A stretch of DNA of 64,000 nt, from NCBI GenBank assembly GCA_951406725.2, contig OX597820.1:14198001-14262000 (forward strand), in the 5' to 3' direction. Source of the stretch: Octopus vulgaris (taxonomy: Eukaryota). The notes below the pieces were generated by a model. That model saw only the letters and a program-made list of their open reading frames with translations, did not search any database and was not told the origin of the DNA. How positions within the stretch are numbered: position 1 is the stretch's first letter; every line of letters starts with the position of its first letter. Shown here piece after piece: positions 13,829 to 27,769 of the stretch. A program made the translations under genes and the position numbers.

Positions 13829-13873
13829 ACAGTGACTTCGGAGTTTCAACCAGCTAAGTCATCATCAGACTAC
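13829..13873 (-). ncRNA. Type I hammerhead ribozyme motif, partly decayed
   Basis: Minus strand: GUAGU-CUGAUGA-U-GACUUAGCUGGUU-GAAA-CU(CCGA)AG-UC-ACUGU. Intact core, GUC site, 3-bp helix III, wobble-containing helices I and II. Confidence 0.65.
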
Positions 13874-14464
13874 AATGCATTGAAGTTAATCCTGGTTTTA
13901 CATCGTCCCTGTTTAGTTAAATTCTTCCTGTAGTATGTGAACAGATATATGTATGTATGTGTATATGTAAGATGTAAAAAGGTTGTGTCTGTGGAGGTAT
14001 TAAGGAATATTCATTCCCAAACCATCAAAGAATAGTATTTTGTCTCTGACATGACAAATTCTTTAGGATCTCTGACAGTCCACATTATGATCAACTGAAT
14101 GAATGTTTGAATCGTTAACAAACTCTCTAACAATTAAACATCTTATCTGATTAGTTGGTCGATCACCTCCCCCTTCATATTTCTATAGAGATTGTTTCTT
14201 TTAGAGTTTTCAATAACCTGAATTTAAGATAAGAGCAAAGATAGCAGAAGAGACAGGCTCAGGTTGAAAGAGATAGAAAGAAGCTGCAAAGGGAGACAAA
14301 TCTAGAGAGAGATATAACTCAGTCAGATAAATTGGGTTTTTTTCCTTTTTTTCTTCTTCTTGACACTCCATTGTAAAATTGTCTGTAAAATGGCAAAATT
14401 TATTCAAATTTCAAAAACGATGAATGAAAGTCAAATTTTGCCAAGATCAACTTTGCCTTTCTTT

Positions 14465-14535
14465 CTATCTATCTATCTATCTATCCAACTATCTGTCTGT
14501 CTGTCCATCCATCCATCTTTATCCATCTATCTATC

Positions 14536-14566
<31 letters not shown>

Positions 14567-14627
14567 CATCTATCTATCTTTATCTATCTATCTATCTATC
14601 TATTTTATCCTATCTATCTATCTTATC

Positions 14628-14678
<51 letters not shown>

Positions 14679-14732
14679 CCTATCTATCTTTTTCTATCTT
14701 TATCTATCTTTTTCTATCTTTATCTATCTATC
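14465..14732. repeat. (TCTA)n microsatellite between two ~140-bp direct repeats (14287-14426, 14732-14876)
   Basis: Directly visible. caaagggagac...tgaatg occurs on both sides. Confidence 0.9.
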
Positions 14733-15456
14733 AAAGGGAGACAGATCTAGAGAGAGATATAACTCAGTCAGATAAATTGGTTTTTTCCTTTTTTTCATAT
14801 TTTTTTCTCCTTGACACTTCATAGTCATATGTCTGTAAAATGGCAAAATTTATTCAAATTTCAAAATTGATGAATGTAAGTTGTAGAAGAAGAATAAAGC
14901 TACCAAATATTGGTTTCAAATTTTGGCACAAAGCCAGAAATTTCGGGAGAGGAGGGAATTCGTTACATTGACCCCAATGTTCAACTGGTACTTATTTTAT
15001 CAATCATGAAAAAATGAAAGGCAAAGTTGATCTTGGCAGAATTTGACCTTGGAATGTAACAATGGATGAAATGCTGTTAAGCACATTGTCCTGCATGGTA
15101 ACAATTCTGCCAGTTTAATGCCTTACATGTCTTAAATATTAGTACAAGGCTAGCAATTTTAAGGGAGTTGGGTGAGTTTGTTACATCCAACCCCAAAAAT
15201 GCACCAATCCGACCGTGGCTGTTGCCAGCCTCTCCTGGCACCTGTGCAGGTGGCACATAAAAAGCACCCACTACATTCACGGAGTGGTTGGCATTAGGAA
15301 AGGGCATCCAGCTGTAGAAACATTGCCAGATAAGACTGGAGCCTGGTGCAGCCCTCTGGCTTCCCAGATCCCCGGTCAAACCATCCAACCCATGCTAGCT
15401 TGGAAAACGGACGTCAAACGATGATGATGATGATGATGATGTATTTATTTTATCAA

Positions 15457-16040
15457 CCCCAGGAAAACCTGGGATGAGGTAGTGAAGCACGACCTTCGAA
15501 CATTAGGTCTCACTGAGGCAATGACTAGTGACCAAGACCTTTGGAAATATGCTGTGCGTGAGAAGATCCGGCAGGACATGTGACACCATAACCCGTGGCC
15601 TTTACCTGGGATGTAGCCAGTCCACTTATGCATACCTTTCCTTCTTGGGACACAAAACTCTGCTTGTGAAGACCTGTTGAGGCAAGTGAAATCGAAATCG
15701 ATCAAAAAATCAATGGAAATTGTAGTTGTGATACCAGTGCCGGTGGCACGTAAAAGAACCATCCGAACGTGGCTGTTGCCAGTGCCGCCTCGACTGGCCT
15801 CCATGCCGGTGGCATGTAAAAAGCATCAACTGGTTGTGGCCGTTGCCAGTACCGCCTGGCACGTAAAAAGCACCCACTACACTCACGGAGTAGTTGGCGT
15901 TAGGAAGGGCATCCAGCTGTAGAAACACTGCCAGATCAGAGTGGAGCCTGGTGCAGCCTCCTAGCTTCCCAGACCCCGTTCATACCGTCCAACCCATACT
16001 AGCATGGAAAATGGACGTAAAACGATGATGATGATGATGA
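15457..16040 (+). mobile_element. 5'-truncated RTE LINE: ORF end, 3' UTR with tandem units, (GAT)n tail
   Basis: PRKTWDEVVKHDLRTLGLTEAMTSDQDLWKYAVREKIRQDM*, then gtggcacgtaaaaagcacc units, ggaagggcatccagctgtagaaac and aaacgatgatgatg. This identifies the many short copies of the same UTR (e.g. 10800-11045, 19728-19965, 20298-20575, 21050-21478, 27765-28235, 47925-48290, 50437-50880) as RTE 3' ends. Confidence 0.85.
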
Positions 16041-17406
16041 ACCCCGAAAGGATGAAAGGCAAAATTGGCCTCGGTGGAATTTGTTTTTAAGCCAGTTTAC
16101 AATTCGTGTACTATTGGTCCGGAAACTTATTGTATCTTGTTAATTATCTCTAAAATGTGTCGTCTAATGATTCCTTGTTTTATTTTTGTGCAGTTAATGA
16201 TTCAAGTTATGAAACCATCGACAAAATTTTACGTATGGTCATTGACGGTTATCTAGGGTTGTATTTTTCAGATAGATATATTACTACTGCCTCTTTGATG
16301 TATAGATAAGGGCTATATTTTGGTGCCATTGTTTTGGGGATTGCTTACCAACCACATGGTTCTGGATTCAGTCCCACTGCGTGGTACCTTGGGCAAGTGT
16401 CTTCTACTATAGCCTCGGACCGACCAGAGCCTTGTGAGTGGATTTGGTGGACGGAAACTGAAAGAAGCCTGTCGTATATATATATATGTATATATATATA
16501 TGTGTGTGTGTGTGTTTGTGTGGCTGTGTTTATTCCCCCCAACATCGCTTGACAACCGATGCTGGTGTGTTTGCGTCCCTGTAACTTAGCGGTTCGGCAA
16601 AAGAGACTGATAGAATGAGTACTAGCCTTACAAAGAATAAGTCCTGGGGTCGATTTGCTCGACTAAAGGTGGTGCTCCAGCATGGCCGCAGTCAGATGAC
16701 TGAAACAAGTAAAAGAATAAAAGAGTAGAGAGAGATAGCAGTGTCATTCGTTAGTAGGCTGTTGTATGATTCACAGTAAATTTAATTCTTATTTTCTGTT
16801 TTTTCCTTTACAAATACATTGTATGACTCTGAGATATCTCTCAGATTTCTTGCCAGTAACTATTGGAAGGTGTGGTGAGATATTTTCTTGAATTTTTGCT
16901 TTTAATCTTTTTGAAGATATTGATTTCTAAAGGTTCAAGGAGTTCGTTGTTCGGTGGGCATTTTCTAGTTCTGAAACTGATTGTCATGTCCAGTAGCATT
17001 TTGTCATTTCCTTTGCCAAAGAAGCATCACATCTAATGCATTTCTCTTTGACAAAGTCTTCTGTGTGGAACACAGACAACTCAAGGGAAACGTTTGTGTG
17101 TTGATATTCCACTGGTTTCGATTAGAAAATCCATATAACGTAGGCGTTCACTTTCCAGATGTTATGCTTTGTGTTTAACACGTAGAGGGAACTTCTCTGA
17201 ATAAGGGTCAGTGTAATGGCATTTTAAAGCAGTTGTAGACCATGAGGGGAGTCAATGCTTGTTAATAAAGTGCTAACATAAATAAAATATATATACACAT
17301 ATAAATATATGCATATATGTGTGTGTGTGTATGCCTGTGTAAATATATACATATCTGTCTGATATCTATCTGCCTGCCTATCCATCTATCTATCCATCCA
17401 TCCATG

Positions 17407-17437
<31 letters not shown>

Positions 17438-18032
17438 TTGTCTATCTATCTAACTATCCATCCAACCTTCTATCTGTCTGTCTGTCTGTCTATCTATCCA
17501 TCTATTTATCTATCTACCACTCTATCTATCTATCTATCCATCAATTCATTCATCCATCTATCTTTCTATCTATCTATCTGTCTATCTATCTATCTTTCTA
17601 TCTATCTATCTATCCTTCTATCTATATATCTGTCTATCTTTATCTATCCTTCTTTCTATATATCTATCTATCTTTATCTATCTATCTATCTACCTACCCA
17701 TCTATCTATCTCATGCATGTGTGTATGTATTTATGTAAAAGCACTTGTGGCAATGCCACATAAAAGTACCCATGTGGTACCTTGTAAAAGCACCCTTTTC
17801 AGTACCTCGTAAAAGCAGGGTTGGTGTTAGGAAGGGAATCCAGCCATAGAAACCATGCAAAATCAGACTGGAGTCTGGTGCAGCTCCACAACTTACCAGC
17901 TCTGGTCAAGCCATCCAACCCATGGACAACAGATATTAAATGATGATGATGATGATGATGTGTGTGTATGTACTATATATATATATATATAGGCACCCAC
18001 CCATAACCCACCCACCCATCCCCACACACACC

Positions 18033-18440
18033 CAAGGCATATTCCAAAAGTAATGCAAAAGTGTTCATGTTCATGATCATTTTGTTAACTGACCAACGGT
18101 CATTGAAATTGCACATGTTGATGGAAGAACTCTTTACCTGTAAAGAATGGCTTCCAAGCAGAAGCAAAGCACAAGCTTTGAGTTCTTGATGAAGGAGGGT
18201 TGCAAGCACTAGTGTAGCTAGGGCTGGCTGGAGTAGTAGGGGCGGTCCACTCTGGGTGGCACTTTTGGGTCTGCTGTAAGCAATATGTGTTTTTTGTGGG
18301 GTCTGGGGGTGGCAAATGGAAGGGCCACCCGGGGCAGCAAACAGAAGGGCCACTCAGGGCAGAACATACTCTAGCTACACTAGTGGTTGCAGGGTGTCCG
18401 ATGTCCACTGAGGGCTACAGGTTGTTTACAAATATGATAC
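18033..18440 (+). mobile_element. Mariner-like transposon 5' relic, interrupted by a hAT MITE
   Basis: TIR-like caaggcatattccaaaagtaatgc. KQSTSFEFLMKEGC.. / ..DVH*GLQVVY resembles the mariner transposase N-terminus (QR.VI.FL..EG...IH.RL..VY). Confidence 0.55.
18207..18385. mobile_element. hAT-type MITE (179 bp)
   Basis: 15-bp perfect TIRs cactagtgtagctag / ctagctacactagtg. 8-bp TSD gttgcaag (18199-18206) / gttgcagg (18386-18393). Confidence 0.85.
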
Positions 18441-19218
18441 CATTAACAAAAGTAATGTGCACAGATGAATGGAAAAATGTTAAAAACAAAAACCAAAAAA
18501 AAAAAGAACTTTGTGTGATACAAGTGGGACTGAACCCAAAACCACATGGCCAGAAAGCAAACATCTTACCACACAGCCATGGCTGCACAAAAATAAATGA
18601 AAAAAAGCCAAACAAACAACAGAAGGTACAGCTTTCAAATCTCCACATAAATAACAAGTTCACTGATCAATCATTAACATTTAATCCTTAACATTTAATC
18701 ATTAACATTCAATCATTAAGATTCCTTGAAATGATTGATTAGAAAGTTATTACAAAGTCAGAAAGTAGATTTCTTCAAGACATCTTCACCAACTTTTCTA
18801 CAACACAATGTCTTCTCCTGAAGACTTATAAAACCAGACTTTATCAGTAAAAAGTAATTAGTGTTTGGTTTTATTTTTTTAGTATTTGTTGGTATTTTGC
18901 TCATTTTGTCTCAAATGTTTTTGGTCTTCCTTTTTTCCTTCCTCTCCTCCTTTCTCTCCACAATCTTTCTTTACATATTTCTTTATGTCTGGCTGGATAT
19001 CAAGCATTGTCTATCTGTCTGTCTGTTTCTATCACTGTCACTCTTGCTCTCTCTCTCTCTCTCTCTCTCTCTCCTCACATGCACACACAATATATATTTA
19101 CACACACACACACACACAGATCCTCATCATCCTCATCATAGTCTTGATGGATACTTTTCCATGCTTGCATAGAATGGACATACATATGTTTGTATTTGTG
19201 TGTGTGTGTGTGTGTATG

Positions 19219-19268
<50 letters not shown>

Positions 19269-20591
19269 TATATACACATATATACACATACACACACATA
19301 TATAAATATATTTATAAATACATTACATATATATATGGACAGAGAGATATATACATATATACATACATATATACACACACATTTGTATACATATATCTAT
19401 GCATACACACACGTGCGCACACACACGCACACACCACACACACACACAGATGTGCACACATAACCTGTGTATATTCTATCTATATTTATCTATCAATCAA
19501 TCTGTCTGTGGATTGCTATCAATATCTGTCTATGTTTCCATGTATATATTTGTCCAAGCATCACAGGGGATTATCTTTTCCTTATTATTTCCACTGGTTT
19601 CATTTCCATATAAATTTTCGGACATTTGAAAGTGTACGGAGCTGATTGCTGCACCTAATACAACCTTGTTAACTCTGAATTAGAAATTACATAGATACAC
19701 ACAAGTATATATATATATATATATATATCATCATCATCATCATCATCGTTTAACGTCCGTTTTCCGCGCTAGCACGGGTTGGACGGTTTCGACCGGGGTC
19801 TGGGGAGCTCGGGACTGCCCCAGGCTCCAGTCTAGTCTGGCAGTGTTTCTACAGCTGGATGCCCTTCCTAACGCCAACCACTCCGCGAGTGTAGTGGGTG
19901 TTTTTACGTGCCACCTGCACAGGTGCCAGAGGGGTCTGGCATCGGCCCCGTTCGGATGGTGCTTTTTTTTTTTTTTTATGTGGGGGGGTGCAGAAATATA
20001 GGGGAGCACCAGTGGGGAGGGGTGGTTCAGAGAAATGATGACAGGTTCTAGGCAAGTAGAACGTAGGATATCGAGAGAGGGGTAATGCATGGTGAAATAG
20101 CGTATTGAAGAGGGGGTTCGAAGAGTAGACACCTATAATGGTGGTGGGAGAAGCGACATCCGGTATAGATGGAGCAAAATATAGAGATATCCGGTATTGG
20201 TGGTGGTGGTGGTGGGGGTGGGCAGGGCGGGTGCACCGCGAAGATACAAAGTTTGATTTTAGACGAATGAAGATAGATATATATATATATATATATATCA
20301 TCATCATCATTTAACGTCCGCTTTCCATGCTAGCATGGGTTGGACGATGTGACTGCGGTCTGGCGAACCAGACTCCACTCTGATCTGGCAGAGTTTCTAC
20401 AGCTGGATGCTCTTCCTAATGCCAACCACTCCGAGAGTGTAGTGGGTGCTTTTACATGCTACCAGCACGAGGGCCAGTTTGACGGTACTGGCAACGGTTA
20501 CGCCCAAATTGTGCTTTTTATGTGCCACCTGCACAGGAGCCAGTCTAGCGGCACTAGCGACGACCTCGCTCGAATATTTAAAGTTATATTG

Positions 20592-20673
20592 TGGCAGCGG
20601 TGGGATTCGAACCCACTCCTCCGAAGAGACTGGTGCCTAAAACCAGCGCCTTAGACCACTCGGCCACACTGTA
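20592..20673 (-). tRNA. tRNA-Leu(TAG), probably a pseudogene (first two acceptor-stem bases altered)
   Basis: Minus strand taCAGTGTGGCCGAGTGGTCTAAGGCGCTGGTTTTAGGCACCAGTCTCTTCGGAGGAGTGGGTTCGAATCCCACCGCTGCCA: 82 nt, anticodon TAG, long variable arm, intact A and B boxes. The 5' end reads TA where GG is needed to pair with the 3' CC. Confidence 0.88.
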
Positions 20674-21483
20674 TGTATGTATGTATGTATGGTGAAGGCA
20701 CATGGCTCAGTGGTTAGAGTGTCGAGCTTACGATTGTAAGGTTGTGAGTTCAATTCCCAGACTGGGCTGTGTGTTGTGTTCTTGAGCAAGACACTTTATT
20801 TCTCATTGCTCCAGTTCACTCAGCTGTAGAAATGAGTTGCGACGTCACAGGTGCCAAGCTGTATTGGCCCCTTTGCCTTTCCTTTGTATAACACTGGTGG
20901 TGTGGAGAGGGGAGGCTGGTATGCATGGGTGACTGCTGGTCTTCTATAAACAACCTTGCCCGAACTTGTGCCTCAGAGGGTAACGTTTTAGGTGCAATCC
21001 CATGGTCATTCATGACCAAAGTGGGTTTCCCATATATATATATATATATGACCGATGCCAACCCCACCTCGAATGGCTTCTGTGCCGGTGGCACATAAAA
21101 AGCACCATCCGAACATGGCTGATGCCAGCACCGCCTCGACTGGCTTCTGTGCCGGTGGCACATAAAAAGCACCATCCGAACGTGGCCGATGCCAGCACCG
21201 CCTCGAATGGCTTCTGTGCCGGTGGCACATAAAAAGCACCAACTGAAGGTGGCCCATGCCAGACCCCTCTGGCACCTGTGCAGGTGGCACGTAAAAAGCA
21301 CCCAGTACACTCGTGGAGTGGTTGGTGTTAGGAAGGGCATCCAGCTGTAGAAACACTGCCAGATCAGACTGGAGCCTGGAGCAGCCCCTGACTCCCCAGA
21401 CACCGGTCGAACCGTCCAACCCTTGCTAGCGCGGAAAACGGACGTTAAACAATGATGATGATGATGATGATGATGATATATAT

Positions 21484-21660
21484 CCCCAAATAAAAACGAA
21501 GAAGAAACGCAAAAAACAATGCGAGGATGTGGTACATGTAAAGTATTAACAGACGCTCAGGGAAGGAAAGAAAGGTAGTTTTACGTTTCGAGCAAAGCTC
21601 TTCTTCAGAAACAGGAGACAGAGGGGAAAAATCGCCAACAATTCACATGTGGTTACATTT
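21484..21660 (-). mobile_element. Short Penelope-like-derived element carrying a minimal hammerhead (21578-21612)
   Basis: GUUU-CUGAAGA-A-GAGC(UUU)GCUC-GAAA-CG-UA-AAAC. Same family as 42727-42930 (+) and a decayed copy at 51715-51830. Confidence 0.8.
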
Positions 21661-21936
21661 TGTGGCACTATGTCGGTTACGATGACGAGGGTTTCAGTTG
21701 ATCCAATCAACGGAACAGCCTGCTCATGAAATTAATGTGCAAACACAAATTTTAGGTGCCTTACTCAAAAACACTGTACAAAGCTAGTGTAAGATTTGAA
21801 CTTATGACTTGGTGGTTTGCCATACAGCTCCTTACCTCTCAACCATGGTATATTGGAAAAAATATAATGACTTTTCAATTAGAAAATTACTATTTGTAAA
21901 TCTCACAATGAGAGATATTCAGCAACAGTACTTTGT

Positions 21937-22191
21937 AGTAAAGATTGTTTGCCAACATAACATGGCAGTCCTGGTTTAGGACAAATTTAGCTCCAGGAAA
22001 CATTGTCTTCAGCTGGCTATACGACACGATCTGTGTCCTTATATTTTCAAACAAGGGAATCTAGCATCCCCACTCAGCTCAAAACAATATCTGTGTATCC
22101 CGATTTCTGAGTTATTTCTCTTCATCAGCACATTTAGCAACATTCGTTGTAAACCAGGACTGCCATGTTATGTTGGCAAATAATCTTGACT
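21937..22191. mobile_element. Foldback/MITE-like element with ~40-bp TIRs and an internal hammerhead (22092-22132, minus strand)
   Basis: TIRs aagattgtttgccaacataacatggcagtcctggttta / taaaccaggactgccatgttatgttggcaaataatctt. HHR: UGUG-CUGAUGA-AGAG(AAAUAA)CUCA-GAAA-UC(GG)GA-UA-CACA. Confidence 0.8.
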
Positions 22192-23062
22192 TTTCAGATG
22201 TTGTACGCCATCCAGTAACTGTATCTGATTGCTCATAAAATATACTTTTTTTACCAAAAAAAAAAAATCTCAAAAAATCTCCCCAGGTTTTCTAAGTGAA
22301 GTTGGGTCTCCCATAAAATTTAATGCATTAAGATCTTTTAACTTGAACATGCGTGGCCAACATCACAACAGAAAGCATGTGTGCTAGGGCCATGGAGATA
22401 GCTCCCGTACTGACACCACTTAAAGATCCCCTCCGCTGGTGCCATGTAAAAGAACACCTGTGCCAGTGCCACATGAAAGGGTACCCATGCTGGTGGCACA
22501 TAAAAAACACCCAATACACCCTGTAAAGTGGCTGGTCTTAGGAAGGGCATCAAGCCATAGAAAGCAAGCCAAAACAGATGACTGGGGCCTGGTGCAGCCC
22601 TCTTGTTTGCCAGCTCCTGTCAAACTGTCCAACCCATGCCAGCTTCGAAAATGGACGTTAAATCATGATGATGATGGTGGTGGTGGTGATGACGATGATG
22701 ATGATGATGATGATGGTAGTGGTGGTGGTGGTGGTGATGATGATGATGATGAAATCGAGGTGCATCTAATATGCCCCTGTGTCATTTATGCTACGGAAAT
22801 ACATCTTTTATACATTGCTTAATTCATTTCGGTAAAAGTAGGAATGGAATTAGCTTTGGGTTAAGACAGCCGCAATCTTTGGTTCTTCTGGCATTTGAAG
22901 ATGGACTACCTACCAGAACTTTCATGGGAAATTACAAATTTCTGTGAAATGCCAATTTTTGAATTGAACAAATGGAAGAATACCAACAAAAGCTTAGAAA
23001 CTCAATTTTAAAGAAATTTCTCTGCTATGTCCCTTTGCACACATGACCCAACTCTATCTGTC

Positions 23063-23184
<122 letters not shown>

Positions 23185-23851
23185 ATCTATCTATTTATCT
23201 ATCTGTCTGTCTTTTCTCTCTCCCCATACATATATATATATGTATACATTTTTTTTATTGTTTTATTTGTTTCAGTCATTTGACTGTGGCCATACGGGAG
23301 CACTGCATTTAGTCGACCAAATTACCCCCATGACTTATTCTTTGTAAGCCCAGTCTGTATTGCCGAACTGCTAAGTTACGGGTCATAAACACACCAACAT
23401 CGGTTGTCAAGCAATGGTGCAGGGACAAACACAGACACACAAATATATACATTGTGGCAAGAAGATTGCTTCCTAACCAGTCCCACCTTGGGCAAGTGTC
23501 TGCTGCTATAGCCTCAGGTTGACCAAAACTTTATGAGTGGATTTGGTAGATGGAAACTGAAAGAAGCCTGCTGTATATATATATATATTTGTCCCCCGAC
23601 CATCGCTTGACAAGCGATGCTGGCATGTTTTCATCCCCGTAACTTAGCAGATTGGCAAGAGAGACCGACAGAATAAGTACTAGGCTTACAAAGAATAAGT
23701 CCTGGGGTCGATTTGTTCGACTAAACGTGGTGCTCCAGCATGGCCACAGTCAAATGACTGAAACAAGTAAAAGAATATATATATATATATATAACCCTTA
23801 TATGACTATCTTTGTTTCTCTCTCTCTTTCTCTGTCTATTTATCTATCTGT

Positions 23852-23885
<34 letters not shown>

Positions 23886-24079
23886 CTGTTTATTTCTTTG
23901 TCTGTCTATCTGTTTGTTTCCTTCTCTCTCTCTTTATCTATCTATCAGTCTATCTCCAATTCAGATATTTTTCTGGCCCCTTTCACGTTCCCTCTCATGA
24001 TTTTTAATGCTCATCTCCATTTTTTGCTCATCATTTACTAATGAGAAAAATATTGTTATTGGCTTATTATACAACCACC

Positions 24080-24304
24080 ACTATGACCAACACCACCACC
24101 AACAACAACAACCGCCAACTACCACCACCACCACCACTACCACCACCCTCATAACTTTCACCATCACCACCCTCTCCATCTTTATTAGCATCACTACAAG
24201 TCCCCTTATTATTATGAAACAAATGTTATGATTATTTATCAGCGTCATCGTCATCATCATCATCAGTGTCAAAATTACTTTTATTATTATCAGTATTATT
24301 ATTG

Positions 24305-24341
<37 letters not shown>

Positions 24342-24343
24342 TA

Positions 24344-24401
<58 letters not shown>

Positions 24402-24665
24402 TAACATTATTATTAATACTATTACTATTATTACTTTCAGTGTTACCATTAATATTATTATTACAATTATCATTACAACTATTATCATTACTATTATTAT
24501 TATTGTTATTATTATTGTTGTTGTTATTATTATTACTATTATTATTATTAATCTTACTATCGCTATCATCATTTCCTGAATATGAGTGAGATAACAAATC
24601 GTCTTAGTTCCAGGAGGTGGGGGTCTACCAGTTTTTGGGGGTTTGTTTTTGCATATATATGCATA

Positions 24666-24748
<83 letters not shown>

Positions 24749-25503
24749 GTATACATATACATACACATATACATCTTTACAAATATATATGTAAACACAC
24801 ATACTCACACACACACACACATATATATACACACATACACACGTGTGTGTGTATGTGTGTGTAGGCACCTTGACTCTATCTATTTGAAAATAAGACACAT
24901 ACAATGGTTTTGTTATTGTGTTGTTATTGTTTGACATTATTGATGTTATATTCATTTTCTGGTCCTCCTTTGACTTTGTTATGTTTTGTAATATTCTTAT
25001 CTGATTAATTAAACGATGCAACTCACTCAAATATTAAAACACATACCAAAAAAAACACACACACACACAGTTATATACATATATATATATACATTCATAT
25101 ACACATACAAATATGCATATATGTTTATACATATGTATATATGGATATTTGCGTATATACATATATATAAATATATATATATGTATGTGTGTGTGTATAT
25201 ATATACATATATGTACCTGTAAATGTAGTAGCACATACACACATATATATGTATGTATATATACATATATATGTACATATGTATATATATATAATGTATA
25301 TATACATGCATAAGCACACACACTCACATACTCTACACGCACACACACACATATATATAGACAGACAAAAATATATAATTGCATGTGTGCACATGAATAT
25401 GCAAGTGTGTGCGTTATAAGTGCCTTTATACACACACACATGTATATACATATATATATACATATTTATACATATACATACATATATATTTATATATATA
25501 CAC

Positions 25504-25546
<43 letters not shown>

Positions 25547-26470
25547 TATATGCATATATACATATATATATACACATATATACATAAATACATATATATA
25601 TATATATACACATATATGTATATATACATATGTATATACACATATATATGTATATATACATACATATATACACACATAAATATATATACATATGCATATA
25701 TATATACATATGAATATATATATATTTATATACATATGCACATATATATATATATATATACATATGCATATATATGTGTTTGGGTGTGTAGTTTTTAATT
25801 TGAACATGAAGAAACACAACATGTCACCTAATAAGGCTAGTTTGATCAGCAGCTTTGATAACATTTAGAAATACGCTCAGAATGGTGACTAGTTGTTCCA
25901 AAAGAGATGCTGTCTATAGAGACGCTCGCCTGGGTTGGTGGCTGTGGTACAGCAGATTCGGATAGCAATGGATTGGGTTTGGGATGATAGCGGTACTGAT
26001 AATTTTCATTGGTGAGAGATTAGGTTTATTGGTGTGGGGTGGCAGGTGTGGGCTGTTCGGGTGGAGTGGCGGTGTTGTTGGTGGTCAATGGTTGTTTTTG
26101 AGATTCTGTTAAATATTGGTGGTGGTGGTGATGGTGGTGGTGGTGGTGATAGTGGCAGCAGTGTTGATGATGATAGTGATGACTGTGATGATGATGATGA
26201 TTGTAGTAGTGGTGGCAATGACGATGATATTGATGAAGGTGATGGCAGCGGTAATGGTGGTGATGATGATGATTGCAGTAGTTGTGGTGTTGACGTTGGT
26301 GATGTTGGTGACAATGGTAGTGATGAGGATGATGATGATGGTGGTGGTGGTGGTGCTGGTGCTGGCAGTGCTAGTGGCAGTGACAATGATGATGATGGTG
26401 GTGGTGGTGGTGGTGATCTCTATGATGGTGATGGTGTTGATAACAATGATAATGTTGGTGGTGGTGATGT
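24080..26470. repeat. Cluster of (ACC)n, (ATT)n, (TA)n, (TA/CA) and (GGT/GAT)n simple repeats
   Basis: Directly visible, e.g. 24285-24550 (ATT)n, 24655-24750 (TA)n, 25430-25780, 26115-26470. Confidence 0.93.
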
Positions 26471-27725
26471 TAGAGTGCTCCCACTGCCTACCGTGGCGAA
26501 CTCTATCCCATCGCCAGTGATAAATTGTCCAAGTTGTGAGAGTGTTGTCGAGAATGTTTCCATGGTATTGATTCTGACACTCGATGCTTTGATCTCAAAT
26601 CCTGCTGCGGTCATCTTTAACTTTCATCCTCTCAAGGTCAATAAAAAGCTCCCAATCTAAGAGACTGAATTGGCAGAACTGCAAGAAGATTGAACAAGGT
26701 GCCTTGTGGCATTTGTTCCAGCCCTTTGCATTCTGAGTTGAAATCCAGCCATGGCCTACCTGGGTGGTAGATTTAATATGTATTCTGGTTTAACACCTCC
26801 ACCTCGAATTTTGGGTCCTTGGAGCATTTTGAGCATCTTGCGCAGGGATCACTCGATTACAACCATTCAGGCCAGTTCTCTGGTTTTAGGATCCCTTCCT
26901 TCTTTCTTTCCAATCAGTCAAACCTTGCATTCCTGCCTGAGGTGTATCTTCACTTTAGACAGAACAACAATGTCAATGCCTTATACCAATTCCAAGCTTT
27001 ATACCAAACAAGTTTTCCAATCAACCCTTGCCAACCCTCTTGCATGACAATGATGTTCATTTACAAGGGTCCACATACAAACACACATACACATGCATAA
27101 ATACATATATGCATAGGTGTAGGAGTGGCTGTGTGGTAAGTAGCTTACTTATGAACTACATTATTCCGGGTTCAGTCCCACAGTGTAGCACCTTGGCCAA
27201 GTGTCTTCTACTATAGCCTCGGGCCAACCAAAGCCTTGTGAGTGGATTTGGTATACAGAAACTGAAAGAAGCCCATTGTATATATATATATATATACATA
27301 TACGTATGCATGTATATGTTTATGTGTCTGTGTTTGTTCCCCCAACATTGCCTGACAACCGATGCTGGTGTGTTTGGCAAAAGAGACCAATAGAATAAGT
27401 ACTAGGCTTACAAAGATTAAGTCCTGGGATCGAAGTGCTCGACTAAAGGCAGTGCTCCGGCATGGCCACAGTCAAATGACTGAAACAAGTCAAAAGATTA
27501 TATATATATATATATATATATGAACAATATGTATATATATATAAATATAGAAATTGGACCGATCCAGAGGTAACTTAATATTTTGAATTTCTGTTGACTT
27601 GCTTCCACGTGTGTAATAATAATAACGAAAATATTTAAAGTGGTTCAACAAGTTAGCGTCTCTTTTCAGCATATAGGCAAAGAAAAATAAATTTTCTTTT
27701 CTATGCCTTTATTTATAATTGTATT

Positions 27726-27769
<44 letters not shown>

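Noticed and set aside
16790-17220. Possible decayed PLE/LINE coding remnants (also 12200-12360 and 26850-27020)
   Set aside because: Only faint motif resemblance through many stops. A profile search is needed.
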